A stretch of DNA of 64,000 nt from Poseidonia sp. (GTDB lineage: Archaea > Thermoplasmatota > Poseidoniia > Poseidoniales > Poseidoniaceae). The notes below the pieces were generated by a model. It saw only the letters and a program-made list of their open reading frames with translations. It was not told the DNA's origin and made no database searches. A program made the translations under genes and the position numbers. Of this stretch, positions 10,104 through 19,197 are shown in pieces. The stretch is from assembly GCA_040261535.1 (NCBI GenBank), contig JBDQNU010000007.1:1927-65926 (forward strand). The letters run 5' to 3'. How positions within the stretch are numbered: the first letter of the stretch is position 1; every line of letters starts with the position of its first letter.

Positions 10104-10125
10104 CGGGGAAAGACCCGTTTCCTTC

Positions 10126-13100
10126 ATGAACAAGGCGAATCGGGCACATGGCCGCTCGCAAAAGCGCCGAAAGGCCGTTTCGATGGTGGCCCTCATGCTC
10201 TTGATGTCCATGAGTCCGTTGTTGACCTTGCCCACGGTTTCGGCCCATGCCGAACCCAGCGGCGTCTCGTGGCCGCTGGAGGGAAGCAACGACACGGGGT
10301 GGGTTCGCCTCGACGCATCGGGCGCCAACCCGCTCACCGGCCAACAAGCCACGGCCGACTGGAACCTTTCCTTTGCTCCGGGCGCCGTTCTCTCCAACGT
10401 GACCCTCGAAATCCGAGCAAGTGGTGAAGACGGGTTGACCATCAACCAGCCGCACCTCACCGTCAACGGCATGGGTACCTCGCTCTTTGATTGGCGGGGA
10501 TTGGGCACGCTCGGGCAGGCCGACAATTTTGCAAGCGGCTCAACCTACACCGGTCGCTTGAACCCCAACAGCAACTCAGGTGCCGGATGGGATTTGCCGT
10601 CGGACGCCGAAATCACCGAAATGATCATCGAAGTGTTGTCGCCTTCCGATCCGCTCGTCTCGCTCAGGCCCGTGACGTTTGAAATCAACGACGCCGAAGT
10701 GGACGATGCATCGGGCTTGCTCTACTTGGCTACCGCCACAAAACTCCTCCTGCTCAACGCCAACAACGACCCCGTCATCGTTGACGCCTACGACTTCGAG
10801 TCGGAAGGCGGGGTGTTGGACATCGTGGTTGACGACACCAACGCCGTGCTTCATTTGCTGCTTGGCGATGGGACTTTCCGAGCCATGTCGCTCGTCGACA
10901 GCAGCACCCTCGCTGCATTGGGCGACGGCGAGGTCGACCGCTTCCTGATGACCGGGGCCGGCGATGTGTTCGCAGCCGGCGGGACGGGATTGTACGAGTG
11001 GGACGGTGGTGCTTGGAAGCAGCGCGTGGTGTCCACCTCCAGCGACGCCCCCTCGCAGGCTCTGGCCATGGCCGAAGTCAACGGCATCGTGTACGCCTCC
11101 ATTGAAGGCGCGGGCGTGTTGCGGTACAACACCGCCAACGCTCAGGCGCTTTCCACCTGGTCAACCGCCAACTCCCTCCACTCCGATAACGTGGTCCACA
11201 TCCTGCCCTCCGGAAACCAGTTGCTCCTCGGTTCCACCGACGCAGGCGTCGGACGCTTCGATTACGCCGCTGGGTTTTGGCTTTCCACGTGGACCTCCGC
11301 CAATTGGCTGGACAGCGACGACATCGCTGGTATTCAACGAGTAGGGAGCGTTCTCTACATCCTCAACGGAGATTCGGTTCATACCTACAACGTCTCCAAC
11401 GGGGTGTTTTCCACCAACTACGACCTCGCAAACCTCAACCTCGCCGGAATCGGTGCGTCCCTGCTTCTGTGGGATGGAGCAGGGGTTGGGTCGCCATCAA
11501 CACCCGCACTTCTGGTCGACGATGCAAGCGGAACCTTGGCCCACCTTAGCCCCGGCCAAGCCCCCTTCTTCGAGGGCAACATCGTCCTCGCAAGCGGACC
11601 AGCAACCACGGAAATGATCGACATCGTTGAACTTGACAACATCCTCTACATCTCGACGGGCGACGCCTCTGGAATCTTGCGCTACGACATCGGGAATGCC
11701 GTTTGGATGACGCCATGGACCGGCTTAAACGACGATGCTGTGGCCTTGGTGACGGCACCTTCCTCCACAGGAGCCACCTCCTTGTTTGCAGCCACATGGG
11801 CCCAACCAGCGGTCAAAGAAATGAGTCAAGCCGGCCAAGTGCTCACCACCTACGACGGAACCTCGGGGTGCTACCCTTCAACCTCGGAAATCGTGGGTTT
11901 GGCCGTCGATGTGAACAACGTCGTGATGAGTCTTGACAGTGGGGTGTTCGTTCACTTCCAACGTACGGGCCAACAGGCCGGTGCATGCACGGCGTACGAC
12001 ACCGCAAACGGCTTGCCCTCTTCGTTCCTTGGTGATGTGGCTCTTTTCGGCGGAAATGCGTACGTGGCCACCGAGGACAAGGGCGTGTTGCGCTACAACA
12101 TCGCCAACGACACCTGGCTCGAGCCTTGGGGCTCCACGGGCATCAACGGCGTCAACAATGCTCCCGTGGCCATGGTCGGTGATGTCCTGCACCTCGGCCT
12201 GCAAGGGTACGGCGTGGTTCGCAAGGACATGAGCACCGGGGAAATTCTGTCACCGCTTTTGGCGTCAAACCAAGGCGGTGTTCTGCCCTCAAACCAAATC
12301 TACGCCTTGGAATCCGACGGCTCAAATCTGTACATCGGAACGCAGCAAGGCGCCCGCAAATGGGACGGGACCCAAGCCACAAATTTCGGCCAAGGAAGCA
12401 CGTGGCAGACCCGACCCTTCCAGTTCTTTGATTTCGTCATCGACGGAGGGGATTTGTATGCGGGAACCAACATCGGCGTTTGCAAATACACCCTTTCCAC
12501 CATGGCCGTCAACGATTGTCAAAACGTCTACGACGGCATGCCCAACTGGGCGACCTACAGCGTGGGTGTGGATGCATCCTACGTCTATGGGGGCACCAAC
12601 GACGGCGTTGGACTCATCACCAAATCGAATTTCCAACACGACACGAACTGGGGCGAAGGAACCCAAACAGGAAACGCCGTGGTGGAGATCATGGGAGACA
12701 TCGCCTACATCGGCACGGAAGGCTTGGGCGTGCTGCGCTACAACATCACCTCCAATCAGTGGTTAACGCCGTTCAACGAAGACAACGGTGTTCTCGACGG
12801 TGGAAACGACGACGTGACGGGTTTGGTCGCCGATATCCGCCCCAATCTGCTTTGGGTTGGCGGCGACGACGGTTTCCAACTGATCAACGTCACGAACGGC
12901 TTTGAAGCCTTTGACATCGAACGCAACAGCAACCTCTACACCGCTTCTGGACCGCCCCACGAAATGGTGATTCACAACAACATCCTCTACTATCACGCCA
13001 ACACGGCAAGCGATGAAGTCAGTCGCCTTGACGTCGCCAACGTCACGGCGCTGAGCAACCTCGACATCGGGGCACAAGTCGGCGAAAACGGGGGCGACAT

Positions 13101-16100
13101 CACGTCCATGGAAATCGTCGGCAACGAGTTGCTGGTGAGCGTGGTCTCGGGCCAGTGGTGGAACGCCGACGGGTCGGGTGGCATCGCTCGCTGGGACACG
13201 GTGAACACCTCGTTCGCTCCAAACGTGCTTCCAACGGGCTCCATCGACCGCGTCACCGCCTACGAATCGTCCGCCGGCAACACTTGGGTGGCGTGGGGCG
13301 AATTGAAACTGGACCTTTACGACGCCAACCGTTCCCTCGTGAACTCGTGGACCTCGTTTGACCTCCCGATTCGAGGCATCGTTGAATACGACGGTGAAAC
13401 CTTGTTTGCAACCGAAGACGGCGTGCTCCGATACAACGAAACCACCAACCAGTGGAACTCAAAGTGGGAAGCGGGCAACGGCCTGCCCACCAACGCTGGG
13501 AGCCGTTTCTTCGAACTGTGGACCGACGGGAACGACCTCGCGATCGGTGGCGCTCGCTTCAGCAACTTCGGCGGCTTCCAAGAGGGGATTATTTCCCACC
13601 TCAGTGCCTCCGGAGCATGGACGACCTACCCGGCAGACTCTCTGGCCAACGTTCCGGACGGCTATCCGATTTCGATGGAAATGTGCGGGGGCGTGCTCAA
13701 CGTCGCCATGTACAACGGTAACGGCGGCATCGCCCGTATCGACCTGCAAAACGGAACCCTCACGCCGCTCGCCAGAACGCAACTCGACGGTATTGGGCCC
13801 GCATCCGTCACCTGCGACGCCCAGGACACCCTGTACATCGGCTACTACAACGACAACCAACCCGTTTCCCGCTACAGTTACGTTTCGGGAGCCTTCCTTT
13901 CCAGCCTCACCACCTCAAGCCACAACCTGCCCAGCGACCGCGTTTGGTACGACGGTCTCGCCCATTCCGGCACGCAGCTCCTCGTTGGACACGGCATCGG
14001 CCTTTCTGGAACCAACGTCATTGGTGGAGGCTACTCCGCCTTGGTCGCCAACGGCGCCACAGCGCTTCAGGCTCAGGTGTACAGCGGTGGGTCCTCCGTG
14101 ACCTCCTTCCAATGGCAGAGCGGTTCATCGCAATGGCTCATCGGTCAAGCCGGCGGCGCCTCCGGTTACAGCCACGTTTCGAGCCTGTCGTCAAACGGCA
14201 TGCAGAAGATCGTCGACCTCCCCGGACTGGTCAGCGGCCAAGTTTCCGCCATGACCGCCAACAGCACCCACATCTGGGTCGCAACCGGAGGCGGACAAAC
14301 GGGCGGCGCTGGAAATTTCGGAGGGAGCGGCACCGGACTGCTCCAAGGCATCTTCCTGCCCAACGGCAGCGTTGAGTGGACGTACGGGTGGACTCTTCCG
14401 GGCAACACCGTCGCCAACGACCTCATGCTCAACGGGGGCGATTTGTACATCGCCTCAAACCCCGACGGGTTGTACAAACTCAACCTCCGAACCCAGTCCA
14501 TCACGGCCATTTCGGGCTCACTGCACGGGAAGTTCGACACGATGCACCTCTACAACGGCGAATACGTGATCGGCCTCGCAGGTGACGGTGGAAGTCCACC
14601 GGGCGTGCAAATGTTTGACCCGTCCACCGGGCAATTCGGGAACGGTCGCCTCATCGCTGGCCTCCCGTCCAACATCATCAACGGGTTCACCTCCACGACC
14701 GACGTTCTCTACATCGCCACCAACGGCGGCATCGGCCGGTGGAATTACAGCACCAACGATTGGATGGATTCCATAACCGCAGGCAACGGATTGCCCAACG
14801 ACATCGTGGAAGACGTGGTCTCGGTCGGCGACGACATCTACATGGCCACACCTTCCGGCGTGTTCGTTTGGGACGCCTCCACGGGGAACGGCACCACCAT
14901 GACGACCGCCAACGGTTTGATGGGGCAATCCGCTTGGGGTTTGGTCAAACACACGAGCAGTTCAGGCTCGGTCTCCATTCTCGTCAGCCACGACGGACGG
15001 GGCGCAGAGCGACCCGGCGTGAGCATCGTTGACGCCACCACCCAGCAGGTCACGTCAACCCACCGCTTCGACCAACTTCCGTCCAACACCGTCACCTCAC
15101 TCACCAGCGATTGGTGGGGCCTGCACATCGCAACGGACGGCTGGCCGCTGACCCACTGGAACGCCTCCAGCGGTGATTTTGAAGACGGGGTTCGCTTCAC
15201 TCAAGTGCAGTACCCCGTCCACAGCATGTTCAGCAACGGCGACCAAATTTTGGCCCTGGGCGGTCAAAACGACGGCATGCTGGTCGAAGCCAGAACGTTC
15301 GCGCACGCTTCCCTGCAAACCTTCCGTCCGGGCAGCGTCACCGGTGGAACCTTGGGTGCGGATACGATTTGGATCATCACCGAGGACGGCCTCCAAGGCT
15401 GGGCCAACAACCGACAGTACACGCCGGTGCAAGAAATCAGCATGCGTCGGGCCCTGCCGTTGACGCTGCGAGCCATGAACAACGGCGGGGGATTAGACGT
15501 GAGCAACATGACCCACCCCGGCATGCCCGTCCAACTCGTCGACGGCGCCGCACCGTTCCAACTTGACAACGCTCAAGGAACGCCAGGCGTTCACAACCTC
15601 CTCTTCCAAAACGTGCCCGTGGTCATGACCTCGCCCGTCGAGGGCGCTGCCGTTTGGGCCAAGGCCGTCTCGCTCGAGTACGACGTCACCCTGAACATCA
15701 GCGGGGACCCTGCGCTCGGTTTGAATCTGCAGGACGCCGTGGACAACGGCCAGCTCTTCAACAACACGCGGCATGTTTCCCTTCGCCTGTATTCACCAGC
15801 CAACGGTTCGCTTGAAGCGCGCATCACCTACGATTACGTTCGCTCGGACACGCCCGTCGCCATGGAGGGGTTGCTGGATCGGCCCGACGACGGCGGAAGC
15901 ACGCTCACGGCCTCCTGGTCGCTGGTTCACGACGAAGACTTCGCTCGCTACCTCATCTTCGTCAACGAAGGGCCGTGGAGCACTTCACCCACCGAATTGA
16001 TGCTGCAGGGACAAAGCCCTGACAAAGCCATCTCCCTGCACAGTCGACTCTCGGCAGATGTCGAGACCGCAAACGGTCAACCGCTTCAAGACGGCGTGGA

Positions 16101-18438
16101 CTATTACGCCACCGTCGTGGTCGAGTACAGCGATGGACGATGGGGCGAAGTGGCCGACGCTCTCGGCCCGGCAAGCCCCAGCGACGAAATTCCCGGCGCA
16201 CCCCTGTGGGCCTCTGCACAGGCGCTTGGCAGTTCGGGCGATGACGGCGATGTGGAGCTCGAGTGGGCTCGTTGCACAGCGCTTGACCTGGCGCGTACGA
16301 ACATCTACGTGGCCACCACGCCGATGACGGACGCCTATGGACGGACCCCCTACACCTCCATCGCACCGAACGAGGGCAACCTCTCGGTTCTCTCGCTCAC
16401 CCCCGCCGTGCCCGTCTGGATCGGCTTGACATGCGTTGATGAAGCCGGTCAAGAGAACCTCGCCAACGTGACGGTCGTCGGACCCATCGTCCCAACCGGT
16501 GAACTCAATGACAACGAGCCCCCTGAACCGGTTGAGGGAACCGCTGCGAGCGACATTCCCGAGGACGAAGGAGGACGTTTGCTGGTCACGTGGAACCAGA
16601 GCGATGCGGAGGACTGCGCCTTTTACACCGTTCTGATCAAGCAGGGCGACCATGTGCCGGAAAACGGTGAACGGTCCGGTGTTGACGGCTTTTCGCAAGC
16701 CGCCGTCGTCAACCCATGCGATGAAACCGAAGCGGTCATCAGTTCCATGGACGGCGTCCCGCTCATCGACGGCCAAGTCTACACCTTCGGCGTCGTCGCA
16801 TACGATGTCTGGCTCAACGGGAACACGGACGAAGTGACGCTCGTTACGGCAACACCGTTCCAAAACATCGTCGGCCAAGGCAGCACACCACCCCGAATCA
16901 CGTCCTTGATGGCCTTTGACCACCCCGACGACGACGGAACCGCCATCGACGTGGTTTGGGAGCCATCGACGGTTGACGACTTTGCATCCTACACCGTTTG
17001 GGTGTCCAATCGTCCCGTCTCGAACCTTGCATCGGCGTACGCAGCCTTCGGCACCGACCCCGATGCTTGCGGTTGCTTTTCGTTCAACAAGCAGTGGATT
17101 GACGAGCGAACAAACCCCATCGAGTTGACCCTTTCCACCGCCCTCTACGTTCCCGATGGCGGCGAGTTGACCGACGGCACCCTCGGCCTCATTCAGCCCG
17201 ATGTGGACCTGTACGTCGCCGTCACGGTTCACGACCTCAAAGGCAACGTCCATCTCACGAACTTGACGCAGGTCACCGTGACCCCCATCGATAACCAAAA
17301 CGACATCACGGCGCCTGACCGGGTCACGGAACTTGACTTGCGAGACCGTCCCAACGACGACGGTACGGCTCTCTTGCTGGACTTTGAACCCTCAACCTCC
17401 GGCGACGTGGCCTTCTACGAGGTCCATGCAGCAACCTACGATTTTGCTGGTGCCGTCACCGCTCAACTTCCTTCCGTCGCCACCTTGGGCAGAAATCCTG
17501 CGTTCCCCGTCGTCATCGATCTCGTTGCAGGCGACGCCCCCGTCGTGCCCGGCCAAGAGATCTGGGTCGCCGTTGTGGCGGTCGACACCTCGGGCAACGC
17601 CCACACCACTCAACTCACCATGGTTTCCGCAGCATCGACCGATGAAGGGGTGACCGATGCAGGCATCTACTTGCCGGACATTGAAAACGTAGAAGCAGCG
17701 TGGTTTGAGGACACGAACATCCTTGTTGAATGGCAGCACTCGATCGACGCCAATGTACGGGGCTACCATGTTTACATCAGCGACGAAATGTTTGTTTCAA
17801 CCGAAGACGCAACGATGGTCGGCCAAACCGTGTCGGACAACACCTTCCTCATCACGGCCGAAATCTTCGGTGAACTTGACACCGCCTCGGCGTGGTTCGT
17901 TGGCGTCGTTCCGTACGACGATACGGTGGCAAAATCAACCGTGGAATCGGTCAAGGTTGACCCCCTTCAAACCGATGAACAGGTGGGCGAAACCTCCGAC
18001 GAGACCGGACAACTCTCGCTCGACTCGCTCCTGACGGGCCCCAACATCATCGCTGCTGGTATGGTCATCATCATCCTCTTGCTCCTTGTTCTGGTCGTCC
18101 GCTCTCGAGGCGCTACGTCCCGGAAAGCCAAGGGATGGGAACTTCAAGAAGCGACGTGGGGCATCCAAGACAAGGACTGGAGCGATGTCCCACCGGCGCC
18201 TCCATCCATGGCCGCTCCGGCTCCGCCCCAAGGCGTACCGACGCAGCAGGCCAACGACATCTTTGCCGCCGCCGATCAAATCCGAGCCGCGTCGACCGGA
18301 CGCGAGGTCTACCAGCAACAGCAACCTGTTTTGAGTCCACAGGTTGACCCGTCCCTGCTCGATGGTTTGCTCGATGAGACACCGGCAACGCCGAAGATGC
18401 CGCAAATTGACACGTCCTTCCTCGACGACCTGTTGTGA
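10126..18438 (+). CDS. giant type-I membrane-anchored surface protein (2770 aa): signal peptide, at least 14 propeller-type repeats, Fn3-like modules, TM anchor, cytoplasmic tail
   Basis: The ATG at 10126 gives a Sec-type signal peptide (MNKANRAHGRSQKRRKAVSMVALMLLMSMSPLLTLPTVSAHA). A G[VI]LRYN...W motif recurs, e.g. at nt 11113, 11672, 12082, 12727, 13421 and 14728, resembling two-component-regulator propeller repeats. Fn3-like modules begin at 15877, 16552, 16918 and 17344. The TM helix IIAAGMVIIILLLLVLVV lies at ~18043-18099 and the tail is ~110 aa. There are many NxS/T sequons. Confidence 0.85.
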   Translation: MNKANRAHGRSQKRRKAVSMVALMLLMSMSPLLTLPTVSAHAEPSGVSWPLEGSNDTGWVRLDASGANPLTGQQATADWNLSFAPGAVLSNVTLEIRASGEDGLTINQPHLTVNGMGTSLFDWRGLGTLGQADNFASGSTYTGRLNPNSNSGAGWDLPSDAEITEMIIEVLSPSDPLVSLRPVTFEINDAEVDDASGLLYLATATKLLLLNANNDPVIVDAYDFESEGGVLDIVVDDTNAVLHLLLGDGTFRAMSLVDSSTLAALGDGEVDRFLMTGAGDVFAAGGTGLYEWDGGAWKQRVVSTSSDAPSQALAMAEVNGIVYASIEGAGVLRYNTANAQALSTWSTANSLHSDNVVHILPSGNQLLLGSTDAGVGRFDYAAGFWLSTWTSANWLDSDDIAGIQRVGSVLYILNGDSVHTYNVSNGVFSTNYDLANLNLAGIGASLLLWDGAGVGSPSTPALLVDDASGTLAHLSPGQAPFFEGNIVLASGPATTEMIDIVELDNILYISTGDASGILRYDIGNAVWMTPWTGLNDDAVALVTAPSSTGATSLFAATWAQPAVKEMSQAGQVLTTYDGTSGCYPSTSEIVGLAVDVNNVVMSLDSGVFVHFQRTGQQAGACTAYDTANGLPSSFLGDVALFGGNAYVATEDKGVLRYNIANDTWLEPWGSTGINGVNNAPVAMVGDVLHLGLQGYGVVRKDMSTGEILSPLLASNQGGVLPSNQIYALESDGSNLYIGTQQGARKWDGTQATNFGQGSTWQTRPFQFFDFVIDGGDLYAGTNIGVCKYTLSTMAVNDCQNVYDGMPNWATYSVGVDASYVYGGTNDGVGLITKSNFQHDTNWGEGTQTGNAVVEIMGDIAYIGTEGLGVLRYNITSNQWLTPFNEDNGVLDGGNDDVTGLVADIRPNLLWVGGDDGFQLINVTNGFEAFDIERNSNLYTASGPPHEMVIHNNILYYHANTASDEVSRLDVANVTALSNLDIGAQVGENGGDITSMEIVGNELLVSVVSGQWWNADGSGGIARWDTVNTSFAPNVLPTGSIDRVTAYESSAGNTWVAWGELKLDLYDANRSLVNSWTSFDLPIRGIVEYDGETLFATEDGVLRYNETTNQWNSKWEAGNGLPTNAGSRFFELWTDGNDLAIGGARFSNFGGFQEGIISHLSASGAWTTYPADSLANVPDGYPISMEMCGGVLNVAMYNGNGGIARIDLQNGTLTPLARTQLDGIGPASVTCDAQDTLYIGYYNDNQPVSRYSYVSGAFLSSLTTSSHNLPSDRVWYDGLAHSGTQLLVGHGIGLSGTNVIGGGYSALVANGATALQAQVYSGGSSVTSFQWQSGSSQWLIGQAGGASGYSHVSSLSSNGMQKIVDLPGLVSGQVSAMTANSTHIWVATGGGQTGGAGNFGGSGTGLLQGIFLPNGSVEWTYGWTLPGNTVANDLMLNGGDLYIASNPDGLYKLNLRTQSITAISGSLHGKFDTMHLYNGEYVIGLAGDGGSPPGVQMFDPSTGQFGNGRLIAGLPSNIINGFTSTTDVLYIATNGGIGRWNYSTNDWMDSITAGNGLPNDIVEDVVSVGDDIYMATPSGVFVWDASTGNGTTMTTANGLMGQSAWGLVKHTSSSGSVSILVSHDGRGAERPGVSIVDATTQQVTSTHRFDQLPSNTVTSLTSDWWGLHIATDGWPLTHWNASSGDFEDGVRFTQVQYPVHSMFSNGDQILALGGQNDGMLVEARTFAHASLQTFRPGSVTGGTLGADTIWIITEDGLQGWANNRQYTPVQEISMRRALPLTLRAMNNGGGLDVSNMTHPGMPVQLVDGAAPFQLDNAQGTPGVHNLLFQNVPVVMTSPVEGAAVWAKAVSLEYDVTLNISGDPALGLNLQDAVDNGQLFNNTRHVSLRLYSPANGSLEARITYDYVRSDTPVAMEGLLDRPDDGGSTLTASWSLVHDEDFARYLIFVNEGPWSTSPTELMLQGQSPDKAISLHSRLSADVETANGQPLQDGVDYYATVVVEYSDGRWGEVADALGPASPSDEIPGAPLWASAQALGSSGDDGDVELEWARCTALDLARTNIYVATTPMTDAYGRTPYTSIAPNEGNLSVLSLTPAVPVWIGLTCVDEAGQENLANVTVVGPIVPTGELNDNEPPEPVEGTAASDIPEDEGGRLLVTWNQSDAEDCAFYTVLIKQGDHVPENGERSGVDGFSQAAVVNPCDETEAVISSMDGVPLIDGQVYTFGVVAYDVWLNGNTDEVTLVTATPFQNIVGQGSTPPRITSLMAFDHPDDDGTAIDVVWEPSTVDDFASYTVWVSNRPVSNLASAYAAFGTDPDACGCFSFNKQWIDERTNPIELTLSTALYVPDGGELTDGTLGLIQPDVDLYVAVTVHDLKGNVHLTNLTQVTVTPIDNQNDITAPDRVTELDLRDRPNDDGTALLLDFEPSTSGDVAFYEVHAATYDFAGAVTAQLPSVATLGRNPAFPVVIDLVAGDAPVVPGQEIWVAVVAVDTSGNAHTTQLTMVSAASTDEGVTDAGIYLPDIENVEAAWFEDTNILVEWQHSIDANVRGYHVYISDEMFVSTEDATMVGQTVSDNTFLITAEIFGELDTASAWFVGVVPYDDTVAKSTVESVKVDPLQTDEQVGETSDETGQLSLDSLLTGPNIIAAGMVIIILLLLVLVVRSRGATSRKAKGWELQEATWGIQDKDWSDVPPAPPSMAAPAPPQGVPTQQANDIFAAADQIRAASTGREVYQQQQPVLSPQVDPSLLDGLLDETPATPKMPQIDTSFLDDLL

Positions 18439-18447
18439 GGCGACCTC

Positions 18448-19197
18448 ATGGGCGTCCAAGGTCCCCGCAGCGAGGTGTTCACCACCGTGCGGGCCGACGC
18501 AAAGGGCAACGTGGCGGATTGGCCGGCTCACCTGAATCGCCTCCAAGCGCATGCAAAGCGCCTGCGCATCGCCCTGCCCGAACCGCCTTCGCTTGAGGTG
18601 CAAGGCGACGGAAAGGGGGAGACGTTGGTTCGAATCGGCTTTCAGCCCGAAACCGAAGCCTGGACCGTAACCCAGCGGCCGTTGGGCGTCCACAACGAAG
18701 ACGTCGACGCCATCAGTTATCCTGCCCCAAGATGGAACGAGCGCACGAACGGGTGCAAACACGGACAATGGGAGGCGTACAACGAAGCCAAAGAGGCCGC
18801 CGAACAGGCAGGTTGCGACGTGGCGTTGCTCGTCCACGACCACGCCATCGTTGACGCTGACCGAGCAACGCCCATGGTGCTGGATGAAGACGGAACGGTG
18901 TGGATGGCACCGGTGGGCGACGGCGGCGTTGAAGGCATTGCTGCTGCCGTGGTTGAAGCCGCCTTGCCCGCCTTGGGCTTCCCCGTGGTCCGAGGCCGTC
19001 TCAACGAACGAACGGTGGCGAGGTGCGCTGAAATGGTCGTGGTCGGCACGGGCATGGGAGCCTGCAGAATTGAAACCATCGATGGCGAAACGTTGGGAGA
19101 TTCAAGGGCGCTCTCGCAAACATGTCAAGCCGTGTTGCGGGAACATTTTACCAACAAGGCCACGTGGTCCACAATGGGGCAGGAACGTGGCGCATGA
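18448..19197 (+). CDS. pabC: class-IV aminotransferase-fold protein, probable aminodeoxychorismate lyase
   Basis: The C-terminal half (CDVALLVHDHAIVDADRATPMVLDEDGTVW...GIAAAVV...EMVVVGTGMGACRIETIDG) follows the class-IV PLP-enzyme pattern. It lies directly upstream of, and overlaps, the PabB-PabA fusion. Confidence 0.6.
   Translation: MGVQGPRSEVFTTVRADAKGNVADWPAHLNRLQAHAKRLRIALPEPPSLEVQGDGKGETLVRIGFQPETEAWTVTQRPLGVHNEDVDAISYPAPRWNERTNGCKHGQWEAYNEAKEAAEQAGCDVALLVHDHAIVDADRATPMVLDEDGTVWMAPVGDGGVEGIAAAVVEAALPALGFPVVRGRLNERTVARCAEMVVVGTGMGACRIETIDGETLGDSRALSQTCQAVLREHFTNKATWSTMGQERGA

Noticed and set aside
9868-10125. N-terminal extensions offered by the ORF track for the giant gene (from 9868), maeB (to 10087), the PabB fusion (from 18851) and the GST-like gene (from 5994)
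   Set aside because: The extensions overlap neighbouring genes or each other. Internal starts give a proper signal peptide (10126), the conserved MaeB N-terminus (9934), a start coupled to the pabC stop (19187) and the CPFC N-domain start (6084).
15985-17298. 437-aa minus-strand ORF
   Set aside because: Antisense to the Fn3-like region of the giant gene. No motifs and a shadow-ORF composition.
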